From an uncultured Rhodospirillaceae bacterium (GTDB lineage Bacteria > Pseudomonadota > Alphaproteobacteria > UBA2966): 64,000 nt of DNA. The position numbers and the translations under genes were made by a program. Position 1 is the stretch's first letter, and every line of letters begins with the position of its first letter. This document shows, piece by piece, positions 30,224-40,745 of this stretch. The notes under the pieces were generated by a model. It was given only the letters and a program-made list of their open reading frames with translations, searched no databases and was not told the origin of the DNA. The stretch lies in NCBI GenBank assembly GCA_964528595.1, contig CAZGTM010000005.1, forward strand, positions 11,499 to 75,498, in the 5' to 3' direction.

Positions 30224-31242
30224 GACGACCTCTGCTTAATTCGCACACCCAAATCCTCGAACAGCCCGAACAGGCCCCGTCGGGCGAACAGGACGGTGAG
30301 GATCAGGGCAATGCCGATGGCGAATTGCCAGTAGGGCTGGTCGGTGCCGAGAATCTGCTCGGTCATGTTCTCCAATATCTTGAAGACCAACGCCCCCAAG
30401 AAAGCGCCGTAGAGCCGCCCGGTGCCGCCCAGGATCAGCATGATCAGCACCTCGCCCGACAGTTCAAAGGCGTAGACGCTGGTGGTGACGTTGCCCTGCA
30501 CCTGGACCCAGAGCGCCCCGGCGACGCCGGCGATGGCGGCCGAAATGATGTAGGCCGTGACCTGGCGCGAATGCACCGGCGTGCCGATGGCGTACATGCG
30601 TTGCGGGTTTTCGCGGATGCCGACCAGAGCCCGGCCAAACGGCGAATTGACGATGACGCGGATCAGCAGGAAGCCGAGGAAGAGGATCGCCAGGGCATAG
30701 AGATAGGCGCTGGTGTACCACAGCAGGTCGAGCTCGAATAAGCCGAGGACGTCGGAATTGGTAAAATTTATGCCGTCGAAACCGCCGGTTATCTCATCGA
30801 AGTCGTTGGCCAGCTCCTGTAGCATGATGGTGGCCGCGAGGGTTAGCACCAACAATGTTAACCCGGTCGTTCGCAATATGACCCAGCCCGAGACAAAGCC
30901 GAGGATGGCGGCGCAGACGGCCCCGCCGAGCAGGCCGAGCAGCGGGTCGGGGACGCCGTTTGTTGCCATCAGGGCGGTGACGTAGGCGCCGGTGCCGAAA
31001 AAAGCCGTGTGTCCCAGCGAGACGATGCCGGCGTAGCCGACGATCAGGTCGAGCGACAGGGCAAAGAGGATCATCACCAGGATCTGCGTCGCCAGCAGGC
31101 GGTAGCCGGGCAGGGCGAAGAAGACGGCGATGGCCAGGATCCAGGGGATCGCCTCGGCCCAGTGCATGCGGTGGCGCGATTGCAGGAAACCGATGGCCGA
31201 TTGTGTCGTAGAGAGGTCGGTCATCCGGTCAGGCCTTCCCAA
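30220..31242 (-). CDS. ABC transporter permease (LivM-like)
   Basis: Polytopic membrane protein with the LivM pattern. 4-nt overlap with livG. Confidence 0.85.
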   Translation of the reverse strand: MGRPDRMTDLSTTQSAIGFLQSRHRMHWAEAIPWILAIAVFFALPGYRLLATQILVMILFALSLDLIVGYAGIVSLGHTAFFGTGAYVTALMATNGVPDPLLGLLGGAVCAAILGFVSGWVILRTTGLTLLVLTLAATIMLQELANDFDEITGGFDGINFTNSDVLGLFELDLLWYTSAYLYALAILFLGFLLIRVIVNSPFGRALVGIRENPQRMYAIGTPVHSRQVTAYIISAAIAGVAGALWVQVQGNVTTSVYAFELSGEVLIMLILGGTGRLYGAFLGALVFKILENMTEQILGTDQPYWQFAIGIALILTVLFARRGLFGLFEDLGVRIKQRSS

Positions 31243-32104
31243 GCAGGCCTTGCGGGCGCACCAGCAGGACCAGGATGGTCACTGCGAAAATGACGAAAGC
31301 GCCGCCCTCGGGGAAGAGGTACTTGCCGGCAAAGTCGATGATGCCGAGCAGCATGGCGGCGAAGAAGGTGCCGCGAATGTTGCCCAGGCCGCCCACCGCC
31401 ACAACGATGAGGAAGACCACGAGGTATTCGAAGGCGAAGACCGGCTTGATGCCGCCCAGGATCTGGATGCCCAAGCCGCCACCGATGGCCGCCATGCCGC
31501 TGCCCAGCGCGAAGGTCCAGGTGAAGATGCGGTCGGTGTTGATGCCGCAGCTTTCAGCCATGCGCCGGTTGTCGACGGCGGCGCGGATCTGCGCGCCGAT
31601 GCGGGTGCGCTCCAGGCCGTAGAACAGCCCGGCGACGATCGCCCCGCCCGCCACGATCATGAAGGCGCGGTAGCTCGGGATGGTCTTGAAACCGAGATCG
31701 ACGCTGCCTTTGAGGAACTCGGGCAACTGGATCAGCATCGGATCGGGCCCCCAGATGAAGGTCACCACGGCGATGGACGAAAACACCAGGCCGATGGTGA
31801 GCAACACCTGATCGAGCTCCGGCCGGCGGTAGAGCCGACGGTAGAGCACGCGTTCGAAGGGGATGCTGATCAGGGCGATGACGATGAAGGCCAGCACCAG
31901 GGAAACCAGAAAGGGCACGCCGGCGCGGCTGACCAGGGTCGCCGTGACGTAACCCCCGGCCATGGCGAAGGCGCCGTGGGCCAAGTTGGCGAAGCCCATC
32001 AGGCCCATGGTGATCGACAACCCGACCGACACGATAAACAGCAGCATCGAGTAGGCCAGTCCGAAGACCAGAATGGTCGTGAGTTCGTTAATAAAGGAAG
32101 ACAT
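31229..32104 (-). CDS. ABC transporter permease (LivH-like)
   Basis: 291-aa membrane protein with the LivH pattern. Confidence 0.85.
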   Translation of the reverse strand: MSSFINELTTILVFGLAYSMLLFIVSVGLSITMGLMGFANLAHGAFAMAGGYVTATLVSRAGVPFLVSLVLAFIVIALISIPFERVLYRRLYRRPELDQVLLTIGLVFSSIAVVTFIWGPDPMLIQLPEFLKGSVDLGFKTIPSYRAFMIVAGGAIVAGLFYGLERTRIGAQIRAAVDNRRMAESCGINTDRIFTWTFALGSGMAAIGGGLGIQILGGIKPVFAFEYLVVFLIVVAVGGLGNIRGTFFAAMLLGIIDFAGKYLFPEGGAFVIFAVTILVLLVRPQGLLGKA

Positions 32105-32213
32105 CGTTTAGCAGGGTACTAACAAAGGGAAGCGGTACACTAGGAGAGAATCCAGCCGATCCCATGGGTCTCGGGATCGGCTGGTGTCTCTGGCAAGGGT
32201 TTCGGCGCGGTAA

Positions 32214-33431
32214 TTAGTAGAGTTTCTTACCGCACTTGCCGAGTTTGAGTTCCTTGCACTTGTCCTTGACCGCGTCGAATTGGCCCTGGATGTCCTGCAT
32301 CAACATACCGCCGCTTTCCTTGACGACGGAGATGTAGACGTTTTGGACGATATCCCGGGTTTCGGCGTCGATCATGATCGGGCCGCGCGGGCTGTTGTGC
32401 TTCCAGCCCTTGAGCGCCGCCATGGCGCCATCGGCCGTCAATTTACTGCCCTTGGCCGACTTGATGGCGTGGAACACCGCAGCCATGCCGTCATAACCGC
32501 CGACACCGACGAAGTCGGGTACGCTGTCGCCGCCATATTCAGCCTTCCAGGCCTTCACGAAGGCTTGGTTTTCGGCCGACGGCAGGAACATGTTGTAGTG
32601 GTGCGCCGTGACAACGCCGACCGCTGCCGAGCCCATACCCTGCAACTGCGTGTCCTGGGTGATGTCGCCGGGGCCGACCAGAGCGACGCCCGCATCACGC
32701 ATGCCCAAAGACTGGTAGGTCTTGGCCACCGCCGCGGCATGGTTGCCGGCCGGCACGAAGACATACATGCAGTTGGGCTTTTTGTCCTTGGCGCGTTGGA
32801 AGAACGGTGTGAAGTCCGGAACCTCGCGCGGGCCGCCCATGGGGATTTCGTCGACGACCTTGCCGCCGGCGCCCTCGAAGCCTTTCTTGAAGGCTGCGAC
32901 GCTGTCCTTGCCTGGTGGGTAGTTGGTGTAACCCGAGGCAGCGGTTTTGCAGCCCAGTTTGTTGGCCGCGTGTTCGCCCATGATGAAGCCGGCCTGCCAC
33001 ATGGTGAAGGAGACCCGCACCATGTTCGGCGACATGTTGGGTATGAAGGCCGTGCCGGCGTTCATGATGACGACGGGCGTCCCGGCCTTGTTGACCAAGG
33101 GGGCGATGGACATGGCGTTGGGCGAGAAGATCAAGCCGGTGATCAGTTCGACGCCCTCACGCGTGATCAATTCCTGCGCCGCCGTCTTGGCGATAGGGCC
33201 GCCGGGACGCTTTGAATCACGCACGATCATCTTCACCGTGTCGCCGCCGAGATCGCCGGCGTGAAGCTTCATGTAGAGCTTGGCGCCCCGTTCCATTTGG
33301 ATGCCGAGGTTGGCGGCACCGCCCGACATGGGTCCGATGAAGCCGATCTTGTATTCACGGGCCTCCGCTTGGGCCGCGGCAAACGCCATAACGCCCGCCA
33401 GGGCAGCAGCGGTGATGAAATTGGATCTCAT
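32214..33431 (-). CDS. ABC transporter periplasmic substrate-binding protein (LivK/LivJ family)
   Basis: Signal peptide (AAALAGVMAFAAAQA) and a type I periplasmic binding fold pattern. Confidence 0.85.
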   Translation of the reverse strand: MRSNFITAAALAGVMAFAAAQAEAREYKIGFIGPMSGGAANLGIQMERGAKLYMKLHAGDLGGDTVKMIVRDSKRPGGPIAKTAAQELITREGVELITGLIFSPNAMSIAPLVNKAGTPVVIMNAGTAFIPNMSPNMVRVSFTMWQAGFIMGEHAANKLGCKTAASGYTNYPPGKDSVAAFKKGFEGAGGKVVDEIPMGGPREVPDFTPFFQRAKDKKPNCMYVFVPAGNHAAAVAKTYQSLGMRDAGVALVGPGDITQDTQLQGMGSAAVGVVTAHHYNMFLPSAENQAFVKAWKAEYGGDSVPDFVGVGGYDGMAAVFHAIKSAKGSKLTADGAMAALKGWKHNSPRGPIMIDAETRDIVQNVYISVVKESGGMLMQDIQGQFDAVKDKCKELKLGKCGKKLY

Positions 33432-33473
33432 TTTCGATCTCCTCCCCAGAAGTGATTTGTCCCAATTAAATTT

Positions 33474-33622
33474 TCTTACATATGTAACTTATTGATATTG
33501 GCGAATAGTGTAAACGCAAATGCGGTCTTGGCGCGAAAAACGAATAGCCTCGAACGGTCTTCGAATAGCTAAATTGGATCCAATCTAGGCCGTAAGGCCA
33601 TGGAATACGTGAATTCCATGGA
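33474..33622. promoter_or_regulatory. Divergent promoter region with three perfect palindromes and three direct CGAATAG repeats
   Basis: TTACATATGTAA at about 33476-33487, TTGGATCCAA at about 33574-33583, and CCATGGAATacgtgAATTCCATGG at about 33598-33621. CGAATAG occurs three times (about 33502, 33541 and 33562). The region is AT-rich in a 65% GC genome. Confidence 0.5.
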
Positions 33623-33654
33623 CATCGCGGGCCGGGACGCCATATAACGCCGCA

Positions 33655-34506
33655 ATGACCTATCCGTTCGTCAAAATGCACGGCCTGGGCAACGACTTCG
33701 TTGTTCTCGATGCCCGCGCCAATCCCCTGGATTTGAGCGCGGCGCAGGCGCGCGCCATCGCCGACCGGCGGACCGGCGTCGGCTGCGACCAATTGATCGT
33801 GCTCGAACCCTCGACGGATGGCGACGTTTTTATGCGCATCCGCAATCCCGACGGCGGCGAAGCCGAAGCATGCGGCAACGCCACGCGCTGTGTCGCCTCG
33901 CAATTGATGGGTGAAACCGGCAGCGACCGCATCGTGGTCGAGACCGTAGCCGGTCTGCTGGAAGCGACGGATGCCGGAAACGGGCTTTATTCGGTCGACA
34001 TGGGCCCCGCACTGCTCGACTGGCAACAGATTCCGCTGGCCCGGGAAATGGATACACTGCACGTCGACGTCTCGGTCGGCCCGGCCGGCGATCCCGTGCT
34101 CTCCGACCCGGTCGCCGTCAACATGGGCAATCCCCACGCGGTGTTTTTCGTCGACGACGTCGATACCGTCGACCTTGCGACGGTCGGCCCGATGCTCGAA
34201 CACCACCCGGTCTTCCCCGAACGCGCCAACATCTCCGTTGCCAAGGTCATCTCCAAGGGCGCCATTCGCATGCGCGTTTGGGAACGCACGGCCGGCATAA
34301 CCCAGGCCTGCGGCTCGGCGGCCTGCGCCGTCCTGGTGGCGTCGGCGCGGCGCGGTCTGACGGGCCGCGGCGCCGAGGTCATGCTCGATGGTGGCAGCCT
34401 GAAAATCGCCTGGCGCGAGGACGGCCACGTCATGATGACGGGTCCGGTGGCGACCAGCTTCGCCGGCAACCTCGACGCCGCCCTGCTGTCCAGGGGGGTT
34501 GTATGA
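33655..34506 (+). CDS. dapF: Diaminopimelate epimerase
   Basis: [15 protein letters not shown] and the catalytic Cys motifs (GNATRCV; ACGSAAC). Confidence 0.95.
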   Translation: MTYPFVKMHGLGNDFVVLDARANPLDLSAAQARAIADRRTGVGCDQLIVLEPSTDGDVFMRIRNPDGGEAEACGNATRCVASQLMGETGSDRIVVETVAGLLEATDAGNGLYSVDMGPALLDWQQIPLAREMDTLHVDVSVGPAGDPVLSDPVAVNMGNPHAVFFVDDVDTVDLATVGPMLEHHPVFPERANISVAKVISKGAIRMRVWERTAGITQACGSAACAVLVASARRGLTGRGAEVMLDGGSLKIAWREDGHVMMTGPVATSFAGNLDAALLSRGVV

Positions 34507-35715
34507 GCGCGCCTGAAGTCATCACCTTCGGCTGCCGCATCAACGCCTACGAGTCGGAGGTCATCCGCCAGCACGCCCGGGCCGCCGGCCTGACCGACAC
34601 CGTCGTCGTCAACACCTGCGCCGTGACGGCGGAAGCAGAGCGCCAGGCGCGCCAAACCATCCGCCGCACCCGCCGGCGCCGGCCCGACGCCCGTATCATC
34701 GTGACGGGCTGCGCCGCCCAGATCAGCCCCCAATCCTACGCCGCCATGGACGAGGTGGATCAGGTTCTGGGCAACAGCGAAAAACTGGAGGCCCAAAGTT
34801 TCGTCGGCCACGACGAACCCGTGCTGGTCAACGACATCATGGCGGTGCACGAGACCGCCGGACATCTGGTCGAAGGCCTGGAGGGCCGCGCCCGCGCCTT
34901 CCTGCAGGTTCAGCAGGGCTGCGATCACCGCTGCACCTTCTGCATCATTCCCTACGGCCGCGGTCCCAGCCGCAGCGTCGCTATGGGCGAGATCGCCGAA
35001 CAGGCGCGCACCCTGGTGGCCAACGGCTACCGCGAAATCGTGCTCTCCGGCGTCGACATTACGTCCTACGGCACGGACCTGCCGGGCGCGCCCAGCCTCG
35101 GCGCCATGATGCGCCGCCTGCTCCAGGCCGTGCCGGAACTGGAGCGTCTGCGCATCTCATCCATCGATGCGGTCGAGGTCGACGATGATCTCTTCACCCT
35201 GATCGCCGAGGAACCGCGTCTGATGCCGCACCTGCACCTCAGTCTGCAATCGGGCGACGACATGATCTTGAAACGCATGAAGCGCCGCCACACGCGCGCC
35301 CAGGCCGTCGATTTTTGCCGGCGTGTGCGCGAGGTCCGCCCCGATGTCGTGTTCGGCGCCGACCTGATCGCCGGTTTTCCCACCGAAACCGAGGCGATGT
35401 TCGAGGGGACTTTGGCTCTGGTCGAGGATTGCGGCCTCACCTACCTGCATGTCTTTCCCTATTCGGAACGCGACGGCACGCCCGCCGCCGCCATGCCGCC
35501 GGTGCCGGGTGACGTGCGCAAAGCCCGCGCCGCCCGTTTGCGCACCGCCGGTGACCGGGCCTTGAAGGCCTACCTCGCCGCCCAGGTCGGGCGGACGGCG
35601 CCCGTGCTGATCGAAAAGCCGGGACTGGGCCGCACCGAGGGCTTCGCCTTGGCCCGATTGGACGACGCGGGCGGCGTGCCCGGCGAGATCGTTCCGGTGA
35701 GCCTGATGAAATCGG

Positions 35716-36701
<986 letters not shown>

Positions 36702-36705
<4 letters not shown>

Positions 36706-37274
36706 GCGATCAAACGCGGAAAATGCCGCCGTGGATAAAGCTGGCGGTCGAAATCGGGCCCTTGGCGGTCTTTTTCATCGTCAACGCCCGCGCCGGCATT
36801 TTCACCGCGACCGCGGCCTTCATGGTGGTGATCCTGGTCGCCCTGGGGATCGCCTGGAGTTACGAGCGCCGGCTGCCCACCCTGCCTCTAGTGACCGCCG
36901 TCGTCGTGATGGTGTTCGGCGGCCTGACGCTGTGGCTGCAGGACGAAACCTTCATCAAGCTTAAACCGACCATCGTTAACGTCTTCTTCGCCGCCGCCAT
37001 ATTCGGTGGTCTGGCTTTCGGCAAGAATTACGTCCGCACCGTGATGAGCGCGATGATGAACCTCGATGACGCGGGCTGGCTCAAGCTGGCCAAGCGCTGG
37101 GGCGGGTTCTTCATCGCCATGGCATTGCTCAACGAGGCGGTTTGGCGCAACGTGCCGACGGACACCTGGGTCAACTTCAAGGTTTTCGGCCTCCTGCCGC
37201 TGACCTTCCTGTTTGCCATCTCCCAGGTGCCGCTGATGCAGAGGCACGCGGTGGAGGAAGAAGCCGAGGAATAG
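36702..37274 (+). CDS. yciB: Intracellular septation protein A (YciB/IspA family inner membrane protein)
   Basis: 190-aa five-TM protein with the YciB pattern. 4-nt overlap with ftsY. Confidence 0.8.
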
Positions 37275-37332
37275 TCGTTCCCCGACACAGTGGTGGTCAC
37301 ATATTCTGATTTCGGGACAAACACAGCCGCTG

Positions 37333-37449
37333 CCCCCCCCATCCTGTCCCTCCTCCTCCAGGGGGGAAGGTACTCAAGCCTGATAGGTAACCCCAACTAC
37401 GAAAAGCCCTCCCCCTTGAGGGGGGAGGGTTGGGTGGGGGTGGAGCCAC
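37333..37449 (-). repeat. REP-like double-hairpin intergenic element, copy B (inverted relative to copy A)
   Basis: AGCCCTCCCCCttgaGGGGGGAGGGTTGGGTGGGGGTGGAGCC is the reverse complement of 28634-28676. The second hairpin is CCTCCTCCaGGGGGGAAGG. It lies between the convergent yciB and NUDIX gene ends. Confidence 0.8.
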
Positions 37450-37469
37450 AAGACGGAACCTTGGCGATA

Positions 37470-38039
37470 TCAGACCCCCTGCGGCCGGTTGCTCTTGAAG
37501 GCGCCGGGCGGCGTGCCCTGGGGCGCACCGAGCGGGCCGTCCTTAGTTTCCCAATAATGCTTTAGCGACCAGTGAACGGTGGGGAAGGCGATGTCGTCCC
37601 AGGGGATGTCATCCCACTCGTAAAGCCCGACCTCCTCGGTTTCCTGGCCTGCGCCGACGTTGGGGTTCAAGAGCCGCGCGCGGTATATGATCTGGACCTG
37701 GCTGATGCGGGGAATGTCGTAGATCGCCAGGATGCCGTCGAGTTCAAGCTCGGCTTCCGCCTCCTCGAGGGCTTCGCGCATGGCGCCCTCGGCCGTGCTT
37801 TCGCGCTCCTCCATGTAGCCTGCCGGGATGGTCCAATAGCCCAGCCTCGGTTCGATGGCGCGCTTGCACAGCAGGATCTTGCCTTCCCAGGTGCAGACCG
37901 AGCCGACGACGATCTTGGGATTGACGTAGTTGATGAAGCCGCAGTCATCGCACACCAGCCTGAGCCGGTTGTCGCCGGCGGGCATGCGTTCGGAAAATTC
38001 ACCCGCGAGATCCGAGGGCTCCGCCAATTTCTTCGTCAT
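37470..38039 (-). CDS. NUDIX hydrolase with N-terminal C-x2-C zinc-ribbon-like segment
   Basis: Nudix box GYMEERESTAEGAMREALEEAEAE (GX5EX7REUXEEXGU). N-terminal CDDCGF..NP. Confidence 0.8.
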   Translation of the reverse strand: MTKKLAEPSDLAGEFSERMPAGDNRLRLVCDDCGFINYVNPKIVVGSVCTWEGKILLCKRAIEPRLGYWTIPAGYMEERESTAEGAMREALEEAEAELELDGILAIYDIPRISQVQIIYRARLLNPNVGAGQETEEVGLYEWDDIPWDDIAFPTVHWSLKHYWETKDGPLGAPQGTPPGAFKSNRPQGV

Positions 38040-38090
38040 GCGTGATTATCCTCAAGAGAGTTAGCGGCGAGATTATGCCGCAGGCCGGGC

Positions 38091-38122
38091 ACAAGAAAAA
38101 GGCCCCGGTTTAAGCCGAGGCC
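38091..38122 (-). terminator. Rho-independent terminator for the small upstream gene
   Basis: On the minus strand a GGCCTCGG-cttaaa-CCGGGGCC hairpin is followed by TTTTTCTTG. It lies about 25 nt downstream of the 38148 stop. Confidence 0.6.
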
Positions 38123-38147
38123 TGTCATGCATTCACGGGATGTGATT

Positions 38148-38360
38148 TTAAACTTTGATGTCCACGCGCCCGTCGTCCGCCGCCTCCTGCGAATCTTCGC
38201 GCCGTTGCTGGCGGGTCTGCTGACGCGCCGTCTGGGCGTCAGTCTCGTCGGTCTTGGCAACAGCCCGCCGGGTCTCGACATCGTCGCGTTTCGGCGTCTC
38301 GGGCACCACCACCGCCGCAGCCGGGTGGGCGCCGGCGACTCCGCCACCGATTTCAACCAT
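38148..38360 (-). CDS. Small hypothetical protein (about 70 aa; Gly/Ala-rich N-terminus, highly charged C-terminus)
   Basis: ATG at about 38360 has a GGAGGTG SD 5 nt upstream; the longest ORF adds a GTG two codons earlier. GC3-biased codons. An intrinsic terminator lies immediately downstream. Confidence 0.5.
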   Translation of the reverse strand: MVEIGGGVAGAHPAAAVVVPETPKRDDVETRRAVAKTDETDAQTARQQTRQQRREDSQEAADDGRVDIKV

Positions 38361-38560
38361 AGTCACCTCCTTCGGCCGGTGTTAATTCCGCGCCAAAAGC
38401 CGTCGGGCAGGCGTAAGCCGCGCATGCCCTCAACAATGATCCCGCTCCGGCCCTTTCCTTGTCAAGGCAAAAGCGGAAGGATTTGTTAACCATAGATTAG
38501 GCCGGATCTTATGAGTATCAAGGTGCCGACGGTCCCAATGTTTCAAATTGGAGCAATATT

Positions 38561-38767
38561 TTGTTTCGAAATGAGGCAATTACACCCGGTTTGAATCGAA
38601 CAAATAACATCAACCCATTGAAATGCTTGGATAAAAAATCATGCCAAAAACGTGAGAAATGTTGGCATGTCTGTTGCGACGCACAATGCAGAAGCTGCGC
38701 TGGTCCCCCACTAGACGGCTTCCGCCGGAGGACTCCCCTCTTCCGGCAGGTCGGGTTTTACCCCTAG
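38561..38767 (+). other. Candidate small transcript or cysteine-rich sORF (68 aa, TTG start) within a low-GC island
   Basis: GGAG lies 7 nt upstream of TTG. The ORF encodes seven Cys in about 30 residues (CLDKKSCQKREKCWHVCCDAQCRSC). AT-rich codons are atypical for this genome. It ends 17 nt before a strong plus-strand intrinsic terminator. Confidence 0.25.
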
Positions 38768-38784
38768 ATCCGGCTATTTTGAAT

Positions 38785-38820
38785 GGAGGCGCAGTCCCCC
38801 TGCGCCTCCATTTATTTTTT
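38785..38820 (+). terminator. Strong plus-strand rho-independent terminator
   Basis: GGAGGCGCAG-tcccc-CTGCGCCTCC, a 10-bp stem, followed by ATTTATTTTTT. It lies 10 nt before the ccmI stop on the opposite strand, so it terminates a plus-strand unit coming from the 38400-38780 island. Confidence 0.7.
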
Positions 38821-38829
38821 GGTGGAGGC

Positions 38830-40233
38830 TTAGTCGGCGGGCAGTTCGTCGAGTTGTTTGCGCACCGCGTCGTGGGCGGCACTACCGGGCTCCAATACCT
38901 CGATCAATTTCCCCCAGGCGATCCTGGCCACCGCGAATCGTTGCTGCTGCGCCGCCGCCAGACCGGTGAAGTAAAGCGCATCGGGATTGTTGGGGGCGAT
39001 TTTCAGCACGCGGGCGAAAAGCGCCGCCGCTTCGGCCGGTAACGGGGCCGCGCGATCAGATGCCTCGACGATGGCGGAGGCCAGCGTCATCAGGACGTTG
39101 ACGTCCTGCGGTTTGAGACGGGCGGCCTGCGTCAGGGCGTCGCGCGCCTTCGAATTCTCGTTCAGCACGCCGTAGGAGCGGGCCAGGCGCATCCAGCCCT
39201 CGAAATCGTCGGGTTCCGATTCAAGGCGTTCGGCCAATTGATCGACCATGCCCCGAATCATGGCGTTCCTGTCCTCTGCCGACATGTCTTTCGCCGCTGC
39301 GAGATCGGCAGCGTCCGGGCCTGGCTCGCCGGCGCTGGCGGGGTCTTCGCCCGAACCGACCGGGGGCAGAGGGTCCGGTATGACCTTCGCGAGGTCGATG
39401 TCCAGTTTTTCCGCCGCCCTTTCCAGCCTTTCCCGCAAGGCCGGCATCCAGGGCGCGTCGGCCGGGCTGTCCGCCACCAGCTTGAGCCAAATCTCGAAAG
39501 CATCCTTGTCGCGGCCGGCCTGGCCGTAGCCCTCCGCGATATAAAACCGCGCGCCGAGATGGTCCGGGTCGGCGGCGAGAGCGGCTTCGAAGGCCTTGCG
39601 GGCGGCGGGGATGACGGTGCCTTCCGCCGTCATGACTAACGATTCGCCCAGCGCCATCTGAACGTCGGCATCCTGGGGCGTCAATTCGGCCGCTTGCCCG
39701 AAGGCATCCGCTGCCTCTTCGTAGCGCCTGAGCGCCGTGTAGGATTGGCCCAGCAGCATCCAGCCGCGCTGGTTGGTGGGATCGCTCTCCAGGCGCTTGG
39801 CGAGTTTGGCAATGGCGCTTTCGATATTGCCTGGTCCGGCCGGGGGCGGCGCCTGCAGGCGTTGGGCGAACGGCTGGCCGGGCACGTCGGGCGAGCCGAG
39901 CCAGTCATAAAGCCCGAACGGTACGGCGATCATGACGACAACGACCGCCGCCAGGACAGAAATCGAAACGCCCGGAGAAACCGCACCCGCGTCCTGCGCA
40001 CCGCTTTGCTCCAGCGCCAGCATGCGCCGTTCGATTTCCAGACGCGCCGCCTTTTCCTCATCCGCCGTCAGGACGCCGCGTTCGACATCGGCGGCCAATT
40101 CGTTCAACTGGTCGCGGTAAACCTCGAGCGAGTAAACCTCGCGCGCCATGTCCGTCCGGGCCCGGCGCAGCATCGGCAGCGCCACGAAGGCAATCGCCAC
40201 GACGGTCATGACGGTAAGCGCCGCCCACAGCAT
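38830..40233 (-). CDS. ccmI: Cytochrome c-type biogenesis protein CcmI (CycH), TPR-repeat
   Basis: N-terminal TM and coiled region followed by TPR-like repeats. It is the last gene of the ccm cluster. Confidence 0.8.
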   Translation of the reverse strand: MLWAALTVMTVVAIAFVALPMLRRARTDMAREVYSLEVYRDQLNELAADVERGVLTADEEKAARLEIERRMLALEQSGAQDAGAVSPGVSISVLAAVVVVMIAVPFGLYDWLGSPDVPGQPFAQRLQAPPPAGPGNIESAIAKLAKRLESDPTNQRGWMLLGQSYTALRRYEEAADAFGQAAELTPQDADVQMALGESLVMTAEGTVIPAARKAFEAALAADPDHLGARFYIAEGYGQAGRDKDAFEIWLKLVADSPADAPWMPALRERLERAAEKLDIDLAKVIPDPLPPVGSGEDPASAGEPGPDAADLAAAKDMSAEDRNAMIRGMVDQLAERLESEPDDFEGWMRLARSYGVLNENSKARDALTQAARLKPQDVNVLMTLASAIVEASDRAAPLPAEAAALFARVLKIAPNNPDALYFTGLAAAQQQRFAVARIAWGKLIEVLEPGSAAHDAVRKQLDELPAD

Positions 40234-40739
40234 CAGGCGTCTCCCTCGCCGTCATCGAGCAGCTTTTCGAGGCGGGCTTTCTCCGCCTCGGTCAATGGCG
40301 CCGGGGCGCCGGAGGGCGCCGCCTGCCGCCGCCGCAGCACCAGGAAAACGCCGCCGGCGGCAAACAGGAAGATGATCAGAGGACCGATCCACAGCGCCAG
40401 CGTGCGCAGCTTGAAAGGCGGGTCGAGCAAGACCCAGTCGCCGTAACGGTTAACGATGTAATCGATGGCCTCGTCGTCGCTCTCGCCGGTCGCCAGGCGC
40501 TCGCGGACCAGAACCCGCAGGTCGCGGGCCAGGGGCGCGTTGCTATCGTCAATCGACTGGTTCTGGCAGACCAGACAGCGCAGCAGCTTGTGGATCGCCC
40601 TGGCGCGGCTTTCCATGGCGGGATCGGGCAGCGGCGTATCGATGGTCGATTGCGCCAGGGCCGGCGCGGGCGCAGTTACGCTCCAGCCGGTCAGCCCGGC
40701 CATCAGGAGCAACGCGATAAGGGAACGGGGGACGGACAT
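40233..40739 (-). CDS. ccmH: Cytochrome c-type biogenesis protein CcmH (CycL)
   Basis: Signal peptide and an LRCLVCQNQSIDDS motif (the CxxC of CcmH). TGATG 1-nt overlap with ccmI. Confidence 0.85.
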   Translation of the reverse strand: MSVPRSLIALLLMAGLTGWSVTAPAPALAQSTIDTPLPDPAMESRARAIHKLLRCLVCQNQSIDDSNAPLARDLRVLVRERLATGESDDEAIDYIVNRYGDWVLLDPPFKLRTLALWIGPLIIFLFAAGGVFLVLRRRQAAPSGAPAPLTEAEKARLEKLLDDGEGDA

Positions 40740-40745
40740 CGGTTG

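Noticed and set aside
38610-38882. 90-aa minus-strand ORF overlapping the AT-rich island and the ccmI 3' end
   Set aside because: It runs through the ccmI stop and the palindromic terminator and has no SD. Its composition (Pro-, Lys- and Arg-rich) comes from reading A/T-rich DNA. The plus-strand unit explains the terminator better.
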